Shown one piece after another: positions 17,726 through 28,187 of a stretch of 32,000 nt of DNA. The notes under the pieces were generated by a model. It made no database searches, was not told the DNA's origin, and saw only the letters and a program-made list of their open reading frames with translations. This DNA is from Ignicoccus islandicus DSM 13165 (GTDB lineage Archaea > Thermoproteota > Thermoprotei_A > Sulfolobales > Ignicoccaceae), in the NCBI RefSeq assembly GCF_001481685.1, contig NZ_CP006867.1, positions 600,001 to 632,000 of the forward strand, in the 5' to 3' direction. Each line of letters starts with the position of its first letter. The stretch's first letter is position 1. The translations under genes and the position numbers were made by a program.

Positions 17726-18861
17726 AGATTAAACAATTGATTTAGTACGTAATCTCTTATATCGTTTATTGAAGGTAGCTTTTCGATAACTTTACCATTT
17801 TCAATGACCTTCCTTAATAATGGTATACAACCTTCCGGAGCTTCGACGTTCCATGGTAAGATTAGTCTCTTTTTGTTACAGACGTACAACTGCTTGAAGC
17901 CGGGGAGTTTCCCCCTCTTACTTCTGGGAACCCACCTATCGTTTTCGAACACCTCTACTATATCTGCACTTATGTCAACGCTTTTCGGGAACGCTATGGA
18001 AGTTCCGACACCGAACGCATCAACGATATCTCTAAGTTCTTGTATCACGTCTTCGTCTAGTCCGCCACTAACTACTATTTGAACGTCTTTACAACCGTTA
18101 ATGTCTAAGGTCCATCGGACTTCTTCAATTATTCTACGGAAATTCCCCCTTCTAGAGCCTGGCGTATCTAATCTAACACCCTTCAATCTTTCTTTCAATG
18201 TCTTACAAGCTCTTAGAGCTTCCTCTCTTTCATCACAGAAGGTGTCGACCAGAGCAATTCTCGGGATAGATGGATCAGTATATTTGTCGAAAATGCTCCA
18301 TGCAACTTCGCTATTGCCTATAATTACTATTAGAGCATGTGGCATGGTTCCCACTGGTTTGAGACCTAAGTACTTTTCGCTTAATGTGCCAGCTACTGCA
18401 TCGACGCCACCGATGTATGCTGCCCTATCAACCATAGGTTGAATGGCTGGATGAACCGCACGCAACCCAAAGAACATTACTATTTTATTACCGGCTGCCT
18501 TTTTCACACGAGCGGCTTTAGTTGCTATTGACGTACTATGTCTTAACACACCCAATAACGATGTCTCGAGGTCAGCGAATTCACTGTATTTCCCTTCGAT
18601 CACCATTAACGGCTCTTTCTCGAAAAAGATAGTGCCCTCTGGAACGGAATATACATTTACGTTCCTTCCTTCAATTATTTCCAATACTTCTTCCAAACCT
18701 GCGAATACGCCCCATTCGTAACCACTAGGAAAGGAGTATACATGAAATTCCATTCTAACGTTCTTGTCGACTCCGGACTTACTAACTATCTCTTTGGTAC
18801 GTTTGAAGTATATATCTGTGGCCTCTCCGCTTTTTATTTCATCTGGAGATGCGATGAACAT
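17722..18861 (-). CDS. pncB: Nicotinate phosphoribosyltransferase
   Basis: 379 aa with SGEATDIYFKRT, VYSVPEGTIFFEKEPLMVIEG, FFGLRAVHPAIQPMVDRAAYIGGVDAVAGTLSEKYLGLKPVGTMPHALI, VSGGLDED, GTSIA. Confidence 0.92.
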   Translation of the reverse strand: MFIASPDEIKSGEATDIYFKRTKEIVSKSGVDKNVRMEFHVYSFPSGYEWGVFAGLEEVLEIIEGRNVNVYSVPEGTIFFEKEPLMVIEGKYSEFADLETSLLGVLRHSTSIATKAARVKKAAGNKIVMFFGLRAVHPAIQPMVDRAAYIGGVDAVAGTLSEKYLGLKPVGTMPHALIVIIGNSEVAWSIFDKYTDPSIPRIALVDTFCDEREEALRACKTLKERLKGVRLDTPGSRRGNFRRIIEEVRWTLDINGCKDVQIVVSGGLDEDVIQELRDIVDAFGVGTSIAFPKSVDISADIVEVFENDRWVPRSKRGKLPGFKQLYVCNKKRLILPWNVEAPEGCIPLLRKVIENGKVIEKLPSINDIRDYVLNQLFNL

Positions 18862-18863
18862 TA

Positions 18864-19277
18864 CTAATCACCGACTACAGTTACGACAACCTTTCTAGAG
18901 GGCCTTGGTCCATCTAGTTCAACAACGAATATATTTTGCCATGTCCCTCTTATCAATCTACCTTCAATAACTGGAAACGTTCTAGAAGGACCAATAATTG
19001 AAGCCAAGATATGCGCATCCGCATTGTTATCAATCATGTTATGTCGCCAAGGTTTATCTGGTGGCACCAGTTCTTCCAAAGCGTTTAAAATATCACTCAT
19101 TAACCCCGATTCGTGCTCATTAGCTATCACTGCAGCAGTTGCATGCGGTACAAAGACCGTACAGAGACCGTTTCTGATATTGCTTCTTTTAACTATTCTC
19201 TCTACGTCTTGAGTAACATCAATGAGTTCCTTTCTCCTGGAGCTACTTACAGTAAACGTTTCAATGTATACGGTCAT
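18864..19277 (-). CDS. YjbQ/UPF0047 family protein (secondary thiamine-phosphate synthase-like)
   Basis: 137 aa with GLCTVFVPHATAAVIANEHESGLMSDI, DNNADAHILASIIGPSRTFPVIEGRLIRGTWQNIFVVELDGPR. Confidence 0.93.
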   Translation of the reverse strand: MTVYIETFTVSSSRRKELIDVTQDVERIVKRSNIRNGLCTVFVPHATAAVIANEHESGLMSDILNALEELVPPDKPWRHNMIDNNADAHILASIIGPSRTFPVIEGRLIRGTWQNIFVVELDGPRPSRKVVVTVVGD

Positions 19278-19349
19278 TGTTAGTTCCCTGTTAAATTAGA
19301 TGATCGGAAGAATAAGTATAGATATCCCATTATTCGCGAAGTAGCTCTG

Positions 19350-20069
19350 GTGTTGCTGTTGATAGTGAAGTATGAAGGTAATAATTCTTATATTGCTTTT
19401 TCAAAAGATTTTAAGATATCAGTCAACACTCCTGGAGGAACGTTCTTCATTTCTCTTGTTGATAATGAGGAAGCTCATTACTGCCCCCGAGGAGTTCGAT
19501 GTAAAAACCCTACCGAGGGATGGATCGATCTATTCAGGTTTAGCGTCGCAATATTCCCAGAAGGCCTCGTTTTAGTTGATGAAAAGACGTCTGTAGGGAT
19601 TGGTCGGATTCCACCTTCAATACATGTAGACATGTTAATTTCAAACTTCAATGAACCTGAGCACAAGTGTTTCCAAACAATTGAATTATTAGACGCTGGT
19701 GAGTACGTCGACCCATTTAAATGTATGATCTATAGTCCAACACTCGTTCATGAAATGAAATTAGAGCCGCAATGGTTCGAACTAATTTCTAAGGAGGAAA
19801 AAACCGTTGAAGTGAGATTGCTTGACGAGAAAAGAAAGAAATTACGTGTAGGACATGTAATTAAGTTTGTAAATACGCAGAATTCGAAGGAGCTTTACGC
19901 TAGAATAACTTCCCTAAGGGTGTATGATAATATAAAGAAGCTATTGGAATTAGAAGATCTAACAAGAGTAATGCCTGGTTACGATTACATGGAATCACTC
20001 GAAGTCTACAAAAAGTATTACGACGTGGAATCAAGGAAAGCAATCGCCATTGGGTTAGAAGTTCTTTAG
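19350..20069 (+). CDS. Protein with C-terminal ASCH-like domain
   Basis: 239 aa from GTG. The C-terminal half LEPQWFELISKEEKTVEVRLLDEKRKKLRVGHVIKFVN...ITSLRVYDNIKKLLELEDL fits ASCH. N-terminal half not recognised; contains HYCPRGVRCKN. Confidence 0.75.
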   Translation: MLLLIVKYEGNNSYIAFSKDFKISVNTPGGTFFISLVDNEEAHYCPRGVRCKNPTEGWIDLFRFSVAIFPEGLVLVDEKTSVGIGRIPPSIHVDMLISNFNEPEHKCFQTIELLDAGEYVDPFKCMIYSPTLVHEMKLEPQWFELISKEEKTVEVRLLDEKRKKLRVGHVIKFVNTQNSKELYARITSLRVYDNIKKLLELEDLTRVMPGYDYMESLEVYKKYYDVESRKAIAIGLEVL

Positions 20070-21178
20070 TTTTTACAGATTTCAGATTTTAGTATGGAAT
20101 ATGTTTCTTTGGCGAACGAAGTAACTGGAAGTTCTCTCAATTCCCATCTACCTATACCTAAGAGCACGGGGACCCTTATTCTATCTCCAATTCTCTTTTT
20201 GTCCCTTAGTATATAGGAAGTATAGGCTTCCTCTTCGATCTCGCAAACGCTATTTAGGTTAACGAATTTTAGTATTTCGTAATCAGATATAACCTTGCTC
20301 ACGATTTTGTCGAGTTCAGTCCCATTAATCTTATCATAGTATTTCGTCTCAACAATCATACCTAAAGCTACTGCTTCTCCATGTAGTAGCTCGTACTTGG
20401 AACCGCTTTCTAATGCGTGACCTACCGTGTGTCCATAGTTTAGAACTTCTCTAATACCTTTTCTCTCTCTAGGATCTTCCCTAACTACGTCCAGCTTCAA
20501 TTTAGAAGCTCGTAGTACTAGTTCCATTACTTCGTCATCCCGTCTGGAAATTATTTCTTTTCTATTATTTACTAAGAAACTGAGATAGTCCTCGCTGAGC
20601 GTAAATCCGTACTTCAAGGCTTCGGCCAAACTCGATAGGTAAACTCTTTCGGGTAGCGTTTCAATGAACCTTAGGTCGCTTGCGACTATCGAGGGGTGGT
20701 AAAAGGAACCTATTATATTCTTCGTTCCTTTGTAATTTACTGCAGTCTTACCTCCTAAGGAGCTATCTATCATTGCCAGTAATGTAGTGGGAATTTGGAC
20801 GAAAGGTATACCTCTCATATATATTGAGGCTGCGAAACCTACCGTATCACAAAGACTCCCTCCGGATGCACATGCTATCGCATCCCACCTAGAGGCCTTC
20901 CTCTCCCATAGTTTTTCGATTATATAAAGGGCTGTTTCAAGTTCCTTGCTTTTTTCACCGTCTTCGATTACCATTACATCTTCGAAGACTCTTTGTAATT
21001 CTGACGTAAGGTTAGGGAAATTGTCGTGAACGCCCTTACCTACAATAGCTAGTTTCGGATTGAAGTACGCTGTCCTTAGGAAATCTTTTAATCTTTCAAG
21101 TACGTTTCTCCCAACTATTATATGGTAGAAGTATTCATCCAGTATAGTGATTTTAAGTTCCTTATAATAGCTCTTCAA
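20066..21178 (-). CDS. aroB: 3-dehydroquinate synthase
   Basis: 370 aa with GGSLCDTVGFAASIYMRGIPFVQIPTTLLAMIDSSLGGKTAVNYKGTKNIIGSFYHP, EALKYG, REVLNYGHTVGHALE. Confidence 0.95.
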   Translation of the reverse strand: MKSYYKELKITILDEYFYHIIVGRNVLERLKDFLRTAYFNPKLAIVGKGVHDNFPNLTSELQRVFEDVMVIEDGEKSKELETALYIIEKLWERKASRWDAIACASGGSLCDTVGFAASIYMRGIPFVQIPTTLLAMIDSSLGGKTAVNYKGTKNIIGSFYHPSIVASDLRFIETLPERVYLSSLAEALKYGFTLSEDYLSFLVNNRKEIISRRDDEVMELVLRASKLKLDVVREDPRERKGIREVLNYGHTVGHALESGSKYELLHGEAVALGMIVETKYYDKINGTELDKIVSKVISDYEILKFVNLNSVCEIEEEAYTSYILRDKKRIGDRIRVPVLLGIGRWELRELPVTSFAKETYSILKSEICKN

Positions 21179-24100
21179 ATTCCTCTTCCTCCTCTCCTTT
21201 ACCTAGGAACGTTGATATTATGTAAGCTCCAGCACCTCCAATGAAAGCAATTACGACTATTAGCATAGGGTTTCCTAAGAGTATTTCTATTATCGTCGGT
21301 GCTGGCTTCAAGTATACGATGGGTAAGGTTGGAGCTAGGATGACCTTTGATTTATACGTTGTATATCCGGGAGCATCTACAGTCATTAATACTTCTCTTC
21401 CTATGTAATAGCTATTGACTTTTACAATAGCCACGCCATTGATGTTACTCATCCCTTCTCCAATAAGTTTATTATCAAAGTAGAACTTTACAACGGCTCT
21501 AGCAACAGGTTTATTATTTCTGGCATCGTAAATCCTTATCATTACATTTGACTTAGTAGGCTTCAAAGGAACGGAGACTTCCAAGTTTACTGGAACAGTA
21601 AAGGATTGAATACCCGTTGCAGCAACTTTTCCAGTTGCTGCTTTACAACTTAGAGACACTTGATAAGTACCTTTTGGTAAGTTTATTGAGGTGGATAAGG
21701 AGGGCTTCTCCATTCTCTGTAAAGTAAGTGGTTTAAGTAATGGTCCACCTTGTACGGAACCTTCACAATAAGATATGTAATCTAGTAGTAGTTTATCCTT
21801 GGTTTCTGCTTTTATAACAACTTTATATGTCCTATGAGCTATTGTAAACTCTAGAACTTTCGTGTTTTCATCAATGGTTATCTCAGTAACTAAAGGTTCG
21901 AAACCGGTAGCTGTTATTTTAACTTGGTAGAGACCTGGCGGAATTTCTATTACATTAAACTGTGACGAAAGTGTGAAATTCAACTTTATTCCGAAGTACT
22001 TGTTAACGAGAGTTAGATTAAATGAATCAACTAATCTCTTCAATTCGTCATACACGAATACCTTAATCTTTATTGTCTTCAATTGCAAGTAAATATTAAG
22101 AGAAGTATCGTTGAGTATGTTAATTATTTTCTTGTATTCTTTATAGTTCTTTGCAGTTACCGTTATTAAATACTCGCCAGGTGGTACCTTGACCGAAATT
22201 ATGTTTGAAGCAGGATTTGATATCGTCATAATAGGTGTTCCAGGTATAGACAACGCTTTAAGGGAAACTGTGGACGGTAGCACTGGTCTCTTAAGCACAG
22301 CGTCGAATATAGATAGGGTCAAGTTGTAAAGTATTGGATCTAATTCATACTTCAATACCTCTGGCTTGTTTTCGCCTCGTGGCGAAACTAGAATGGAACC
22401 TGAGAGTTCTTTATGTAGTTTAGCTCTTATAGTTACTAAATATGTTCCCGGTCTTAATATACACTTAGCTTGACCTTTAGAATCAGTCATTATGTGTAAG
22501 TTCATCGGTCCAGAGATAGATATCGATGCACCTTCAATTGGCCCTTTCTTTATAAATGGCGGTGCTCCCTTACTGTATATTTCGAACACGATTTCCCTTC
22601 CCTTAACCACCAAAGGTATCGTTACATTCGCGTCTTTGTTTAGGTTAATTCTCTTTACATATTCTTTATAGTATGGATGGGATATTCGGATGACGTAGGA
22701 ACCCTTTTCAAGATTAACTCTAACGATTCCATTCTCATTAGAGAATAATGGACCTACGTTTATGTATTTGCCTCTAATAGTGTTTCCGGAAATGATGACT
22801 TGTGCTCCTTCAATGGGCTTCTTAGTTTGTGAATCGATTATTCTTAGCTGCAATACATATACATAAGGCACAATGATTTCCGGAGATATATCTATCTCTA
22901 TGATTGGTGGGTCGAAGTCCCATGATACAGGTACGGCTGGGACTAATTCCATTACCCTACCTATCTCAGTATCTATACTTAGAGTATAGGTACCTGATGG
23001 AACTTCTATTACCTTTGACCTTTCATTCGCATTAAATTCAATATTCCATTTAACGTTTACGTTATACAAGGCGCTTAAAGTTGAGACTATCTTACTACTC
23101 CTTACAAGGTTTAGGAATTTGGGTGTAAGAAGTATCCTTAGAATAGTATGCGAGTCTGCGGGATCATCTACTCTATAGAGGGATCCAGAGGATATGCAGT
23201 AAAGCTTAGAATCTATCTTGTAGCATGAATCCGCTCCATACATACTAAAGAGAATGTTACTGTCTTTCGGTCTTACGCTTATAACTCTATTATCAATAAC
23301 GAACACCCGTGATCTAAAGCCATATACGTCAACGAAAATACCTAAGTCACTTAAATTCTTAGGTATAGATTCGCAATTTCTTACCTTCAGACTTAGGTTG
23401 CTCAAAAGCGGAATTAGTGAACATGCATTACCTACTTTATTTGCTATTATAATATCTCTCTCGTTCTCAATTATTGTTGAATTTGCTAGTTCTTTATAAT
23501 TAATTAATTTGAACTTGTTGGCCTTTAAGTCATAAGTTATATAGGCCACCTTGATCTCATTTCGGGACTTACTTACTACTATCGTCACGTTGTTCTTCAC
23601 TAATAACTTTGAATTGCTCAACGAGATATTCAGTGAATCAATTAGAACAGATTCATCTAGTTTAACAAATTCGCTAGGAGACGTAAAGACAGGGATGTAT
23701 CCACGCTGTAATATTCCTAGAACGTTCAAAGTAGGGTTTAAGCTTACTATGTAACCTCTCGAAGTTATAAAGAGATCCTTATTCCATGCCTTACCCAAAT
23801 ATCGAACTTTACCTAGGCCGCACTTTTTCTCTTTTATGATATTTAATGCTTTATTTAGGACGAAATACGTACCATTTTTCGTTAATATATACACGTTTGA
23901 CTTATCTTCTTCCAGTGCTATCGGATCTGAATCCACCATATTGGTATAGCTTAGAACGACTAGCTTATCCCCTGAAATTAACGACCTCAATAAGTATCCA
24001 TTCGCCGTTTTTACATAGATTATCGAACCATTAGCCGGAATAAAGACGTTTGATATGTCTCCAAAGTCTCTTGGCTCGATTCTAACTTTATAGACACTTA

Positions 24101-24227
24101 ATATCCCTTCTATTGGTACGTTAAGAGATAATTGATTCCAGTCTAATGTAAACGAGGTCGAATATACTCTTAAGTGTGCAATTAAGATTAGCGTAATTAG
24201 CAACAACTTTAACTTCGTTGTTATCAC
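21162..24227 (-). CDS. Large secreted / membrane-anchored protein with multiple carboxypeptidase-regulatory-like (Ig-like) repeats
   Basis: 1021 aa: N-terminal signal-like LKLLLITLILIAHLRVYS; repeated GxYxVxIxAxGY-type units (ADAQVIISG..., KPVARAVVKFYFDN..., LEKGSYVIRISHPYYKEY, PPGEYLITVTAKNYKEY, PPGLYQVKITATGFEP); C-terminal TM LIVVIAFIGGAGAYIISTFLG then acidic tail. Confidence 0.8.
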   Translation of the reverse strand: MITTKLKLLLITLILIAHLRVYSTSFTLDWNQLSLNVPIEGILSVYKVRIEPRDFGDISNVFIPANGSIIYVKTANGYLLRSLISGDKLVVLSYTNMVDSDPIALEEDKSNVYILTKNGTYFVLNKALNIIKEKKCGLGKVRYLGKAWNKDLFITSRGYIVSLNPTLNVLGILQRGYIPVFTSPSEFVKLDESVLIDSLNISLSNSKLLVKNNVTIVVSKSRNEIKVAYITYDLKANKFKLINYKELANSTIIENERDIIIANKVGNACSLIPLLSNLSLKVRNCESIPKNLSDLGIFVDVYGFRSRVFVIDNRVISVRPKDSNILFSMYGADSCYKIDSKLYCISSGSLYRVDDPADSHTILRILLTPKFLNLVRSSKIVSTLSALYNVNVKWNIEFNANERSKVIEVPSGTYTLSIDTEIGRVMELVPAVPVSWDFDPPIIEIDISPEIIVPYVYVLQLRIIDSQTKKPIEGAQVIISGNTIRGKYINVGPLFSNENGIVRVNLEKGSYVIRISHPYYKEYVKRINLNKDANVTIPLVVKGREIVFEIYSKGAPPFIKKGPIEGASISISGPMNLHIMTDSKGQAKCILRPGTYLVTIRAKLHKELSGSILVSPRGENKPEVLKYELDPILYNLTLSIFDAVLKRPVLPSTVSLKALSIPGTPIMTISNPASNIISVKVPPGEYLITVTAKNYKEYKKIINILNDTSLNIYLQLKTIKIKVFVYDELKRLVDSFNLTLVNKYFGIKLNFTLSSQFNVIEIPPGLYQVKITATGFEPLVTEITIDENTKVLEFTIAHRTYKVVIKAETKDKLLLDYISYCEGSVQGGPLLKPLTLQRMEKPSLSTSINLPKGTYQVSLSCKAATGKVAATGIQSFTVPVNLEVSVPLKPTKSNVMIRIYDARNNKPVARAVVKFYFDNKLIGEGMSNINGVAIVKVNSYYIGREVLMTVDAPGYTTYKSKVILAPTLPIVYLKPAPTIIEILLGNPMLIVVIAFIGGAGAYIISTFLGKGEEEEEFEELL

Positions 24228-24284
24228 AATAATACCCGAAAAGGGAGTTCAACGATATCTAAAATATTTGCTCTTCTACTGCTA

Positions 24285-25943
24285 TTAGCCTACTGAATTG
24301 ACCTCACTTAAATGAATGAAGAAGATAGGACTATATGATAACGCCTCTGCTGACTCTGGATCTGTTCTTAACAAGTGGTTTACGTACGTATAGTAGTTGT
24401 ATGCTATGAATGAAGGGGTCGGATTACAGAAGTCTCTCTGCATTAGCTCTGGAAGTATGGTGGTGGAGACAATAGTGGCGTTCGTGAACCCATGTAATGT
24501 AGAGGCACTCGTTTCGTAAATTAACGAGGACATTCCAATAACCTTTGCGTAATTTCTATTATACATTGCTTTATATGCCTCATCAACCATGTCGCCTATA
24601 TCAGATGCCATTGATCCTCTTATTGGAATGAGGCCCAACGCGTATTTCGCTGACTCATAAGCTACTTGCAGTGCCTCTCGTGCCAAGAATACGACGTCAT
24701 TTACCTTAGGTGCGTCCTTGTTACTTGACATATCGTTTACAGCGTTAACCCATAGTTCTATGCTTATTGCCCTGGCACGAGCTAACGCTAGTAAGTTCGA
24801 TAGTGCATCAAGAGTTACATTACTATGAAGCTGATCTTTAATGTTGATAAGATAATTCTTGAGTCGATATTCTCTGCTATATACAGCAGCGCATGCTTCC
24901 AAGCTCCATAGATTTGAATAACAATTACTTGGTTCAATGGTTGTATAATGTTCGAGCTCGCTTAACGTACTGTTTACGAAGTCCCTTATTCTGTCGTTAA
25001 TGTTAGTTAGATTCATCCCATGTATGTGTGAGGCGACTATCTGTGGGAAACTTGAGTTAGACATACTAGTTAAGATCTCTTTATAGTATCTAGCGTATGC
25101 TTTTATGAGAGCAGTAAAGACGTAACTAGCAGCGGCGTAGTAATTTCCATTGTTTGCACTTAATTTGGCATCTCTAAGATATTGATCTAAAGTACTATTT
25201 AATTCATTATCTTTTACCTTAATCTTTTCAATAACCATGTTAAGGTTCTTTAAAAGTTCTTCATAGTGTGATTTGAAGACGAGCTTTGAAGCTTCAAGCC
25301 TCTGGGGGACTTCGCAAGACTTTCTTTCCAAGTAGTAACCAAAGTGCTTAGCTGCGTCAATAATTGAGGGTACTTCGTCTACGATTAACCCTTTGACCTC
25401 AACGCTCTCGCCCACTGGAACTAAGAAGTGAACTAAACCGTAGCTTCGCACAGCAGAAGCTTTTATTTTAACACCACCAACTGGCAAGACTTCACCGGCG
25501 AGGCCAACCATCCCTGTCATTGCTACGTGTTTAGTACAATTGAACCCCTCTAGTTTCAATAATGCTAGCGTTGCTGCCAACGCACTGCCACTAGGACCAG
25601 CGGCATTGATAGTTACGTTATACCCTATATCTGAAAGGTAATAAGAGAAATCGTGTAGTATTAGTGGCTGTCCGCTAATTATGCTTGCTGCTACAGACGC
25701 GCCAGACATTGAACCTTGAAAATCGCTTCCCAGTAATGGTCCACCAATGAAGACTCTCCCACTACCTTCTCTAACATCTACACTTAAAATCGAAAGTGCA
25801 CCCTCGTTCTCACCTACTACCGCTGGAGCGTACCCCCAACATCCCTTAACTTCATTTGTAAAGTTCGTTGCAATTACTATAGAGGTAAGTACTACCAAAC
25901 TAAGCAAGGTATAAGTATACAAGAAATTCATACGATTCCTCAT
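24285..25943 (-). CDS. Secreted/membrane-anchored Lon-like (S16 domain) protease
   Basis: Start trimmed from the tracked 26126 to the ATG at 25943, since the longer form overlaps nuoH. N-terminal TM (YTYTLLSLVVLTSIVIATNF) then S16-like AGPSGSALAATLALLKLEG (candidate Ser), GMVGLAGEVLPVGGVKIKASAVRSYG (candidate Lys), FLVPVGE. Confidence 0.8.
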   Translation of the reverse strand: MRNRMNFLYTYTLLSLVVLTSIVIATNFTNEVKGCWGYAPAVVGENEGALSILSVDVREGSGRVFIGGPLLGSDFQGSMSGASVAASIISGQPLILHDFSYYLSDIGYNVTINAAGPSGSALAATLALLKLEGFNCTKHVAMTGMVGLAGEVLPVGGVKIKASAVRSYGLVHFLVPVGESVEVKGLIVDEVPSIIDAAKHFGYYLERKSCEVPQRLEASKLVFKSHYEELLKNLNMVIEKIKVKDNELNSTLDQYLRDAKLSANNGNYYAAASYVFTALIKAYARYYKEILTSMSNSSFPQIVASHIHGMNLTNINDRIRDFVNSTLSELEHYTTIEPSNCYSNLWSLEACAAVYSREYRLKNYLINIKDQLHSNVTLDALSNLLALARARAISIELWVNAVNDMSSNKDAPKVNDVVFLAREALQVAYESAKYALGLIPIRGSMASDIGDMVDEAYKAMYNRNYAKVIGMSSLIYETSASTLHGFTNATIVSTTILPELMQRDFCNPTPSFIAYNYYTYVNHLLRTDPESAEALSYSPIFFIHLSEVNSVG

Positions 25944-26065
25944 TATTGCAAACCACCTACTAGCTTCATTAGAACCTCTTTTAGGCTGATGGTCTAATGC
26001 TAAGAAAATTGAGTAAAGAACTTTGAAAAAGCTCGACAGTAGGGTGTAATAAGAGGGTAACGATA

Positions 26066-27133
26066 TTGCTAGCGGGCACTGAGATAGTATTATTCTCTTT
26101 AACATCAATACTGTTGGCGTTCGCATATGCTGGACTGCTTGATCTAATTACTATCTACCTCGAAAGAAAGATTCTAGGTAGAGCGATGCAAAGGTACGGT
26201 CCCTCACACGTAGGATACGCTGGCTTGCTCCAACTCATTGCAGACTTCTTAAAGTACTTGTCTAAAGAGCTCTTCTCACCACGAAACGTAGATAAGGTAT
26301 TGTATTATGGGGTGCCAGTAGCATTAATAGCTGTAATAACAGTCCCATTGGTACTCCTACCTTTCGACTACGTAGTACTATCTGGATTGCAAGGACTAGC
26401 TGAACTTGTAGGAATTAAAGTTAATCTGACCGAATACGCTATTTCCAGAATACTAGACAATGTGATGCCAGGCGTATCGCTATTTGGTTACGTGGCAATA
26501 GTTGCTGTTACAATGCCTTTAATGTATATCTTGGCTTGGGCACAGAGCAACAAATATAGTTCCATAGCAGCCTTTAGAACGATATTAATGCTCGTCACAT
26601 ATGAGGTACCTTTTATAATATCAATAGCAGCGGCTTCTGTCCTTGCAGGACCTAGCATTTATAGTATTGTTAACTCCCAACTGCTCGGTCCACTGTTATT
26701 TGTGAATCCCCTTCTAGCATTGGTCCTAACCATTTCGCTAATAGCTGAAAGCGAGCGTCAACCCTTCGACCATCCCGAAGCCGAAGAGGAAATAGTCCAT
26801 GGATGGAACATAGAATATGGAGCGGGAGAGTTCATACTCCTCTACGGTCTCTATCTGTATACAAAAGCGTTTTACGCAGCAGCACTAATTTCGATACTGC
26901 TTCTTGGTGGGTGGTTAGGACCAGCTATACCGGGTCTTCCTATGTCCTTAACTAATTTCATCTGGTTCACAGTGAAACTAGTCGGGGTTTTCCTCCTTTT
27001 CGTCTGGATTAGGGCAAGCGTTGCAAGGCCTAGAGTGGATCAAGTACTCGACTTCGGATGGTTTAAGTTATTGATTCTTAGTATCATTGCGTTCGTATTA
27101 TCAGTTGCATTGAAGATAGGAGGTGTTATATGA
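26066..27133 (+). CDS. nuoH: NADH-quinone oxidoreductase subunit H-like (complex I / membrane oxidoreductase)
   Basis: 355 aa with LLDLITIYLERKILGRAMQRYGPSHVGYAGLLQLIADFLKYLSKE, AESERQPFDHPEAEEEIVHGWNIEYGAGEFILLYG. Confidence 0.95.
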   Translation: MLAGTEIVLFSLTSILLAFAYAGLLDLITIYLERKILGRAMQRYGPSHVGYAGLLQLIADFLKYLSKELFSPRNVDKVLYYGVPVALIAVITVPLVLLPFDYVVLSGLQGLAELVGIKVNLTEYAISRILDNVMPGVSLFGYVAIVAVTMPLMYILAWAQSNKYSSIAAFRTILMLVTYEVPFIISIAAASVLAGPSIYSIVNSQLLGPLLFVNPLLALVLTISLIAESERQPFDHPEAEEEIVHGWNIEYGAGEFILLYGLYLYTKAFYAAALISILLLGGWLGPAIPGLPMSLTNFIWFTVKLVGVFLLFVWIRASVARPRVDQVLDFGWFKLLILSIIAFVLSVALKIGGVI

Positions 27134-27699
27134 TGCAAGAAAAGAAATTCGTTGAAGTAAGATCGAAATGGAGATTGAGTAAAGGTCCAAGTGGACTTAT
27201 AAAAGCTATGATGGCCACGGCCAGCTATATGTTCAAGGAAAGACCAACTACATTGTATCCCTTTGAGAAGAACAAACTCCCCGAAGCATTTAGAGGCCTC
27301 TTGACCTATGATATAGATAAATGTATAGGGTGTGGCGCTTGCGTTTTAGCGTGTCCAAATAAGTGCCTATATAAAGTTCCTGGCCCAAAGACAGAGAAGA
27401 ACAAACCCGGAATATACATTGCTTTCGAACCTACTCATTGCTTATTCTGTGGTCTCTGTGTTGAGGCATGTCCCCCTGTCTCTGGTTCCTTGAGCCACTC
27501 TTCGTTAGTATCAATAGTTTCGTCAAAGGAAAAGATATATTGGAGTCCTTGGGAGTGGGCAGCAATTAGTGAGTTAATTAAAGAAAAAGGTTGGGAGTAC
27601 GATGCTATAGATTACGATAAAATCGAGGATCTGGTTAAAGAGAAATCGGAAGAAGTCAAAAGGAGGATAGAGTCAAAGACACTAGGGGGTAACAAATGA
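27130..27699 (+). CDS. nuoI: NADH-quinone oxidoreductase subunit I-like (2x[4Fe-4S] ferredoxin)
   Basis: Two cluster motifs: CIGCGACVLACPNKC and CLFCGLCVEACPP; overlaps nuoH and nuoJ by 4 nt. Confidence 0.93.
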   Translation: MMQEKKFVEVRSKWRLSKGPSGLIKAMMATASYMFKERPTTLYPFEKNKLPEAFRGLLTYDIDKCIGCGACVLACPNKCLYKVPGPKTEKNKPGIYIAFEPTHCLFCGLCVEACPPVSGSLSHSSLVSIVSSKEKIYWSPWEWAAISELIKEKGWEYDAIDYDKIEDLVKEKSEEVKRRIESKTLGGNK

Positions 27700-28187
27700 T
27701 AGAAACATTCATTCTATTGATGACCCTAGCGACTATAGCGTCGGCAGCAGTAGTTTGGGACCCCGATTTAGTGAGAGCAGCCATATCATTAGTAGTTGTT
27801 TTCCTACTCTCTGGTTTGGCGCTATTGACTCTAGGTTCGTGGTTCATAGGGGCATTACAAGTCATACTTGGCGCAGGAGCAGTTGCGATATTGGCTTTAT
27901 ACGCAGCTATAACGTCTAAGGGAAGGAGAGAGATTCTGAAAGCACCTCAAGGTGGAACCCTAGGTGCACTCGTACTCTCAGCTCTGGGTATTGGTATAGG
28001 TTTTCTAACAATCTCCACCCCGGGTATATTTACTCTCTATACTTCGACCACATCTAATATAGCTTCCACGTTGTTTGGTGATTTAGGTCTAGTTGCTACT
28101 CTGAGTATACTTCTCTTAGTTGCACTGATATCGTCGGCATACATCATAAGATATATAGTTATTGAGGGGGTGAGGGGCCGTGAGTGA
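27696..28187 (+). CDS. nuoJ: NADH-quinone oxidoreductase subunit J-like
   Basis: 163 aa, 5 TM: ASAAVVWDPDLVRAAISLVVVFLLSGLALLTLGSWFIGALQVILGAGAVAILALYA; position between I and K. Confidence 0.88.
   Translation: MIETFILLMTLATIASAAVVWDPDLVRAAISLVVVFLLSGLALLTLGSWFIGALQVILGAGAVAILALYAAITSKGRREILKAPQGGTLGALVLSALGIGIGFLTISTPGIFTLYTSTTSNIASTLFGDLGLVATLSILLLVALISSAYIIRYIVIEGVRGRE

Noticed and set aside
25944-26126. N-terminal extension of the Lon-like ORF
   Set aside because: Overlaps the nuoH start; the signal/TM region starts at an internal ATG at 25943 (or slightly later).
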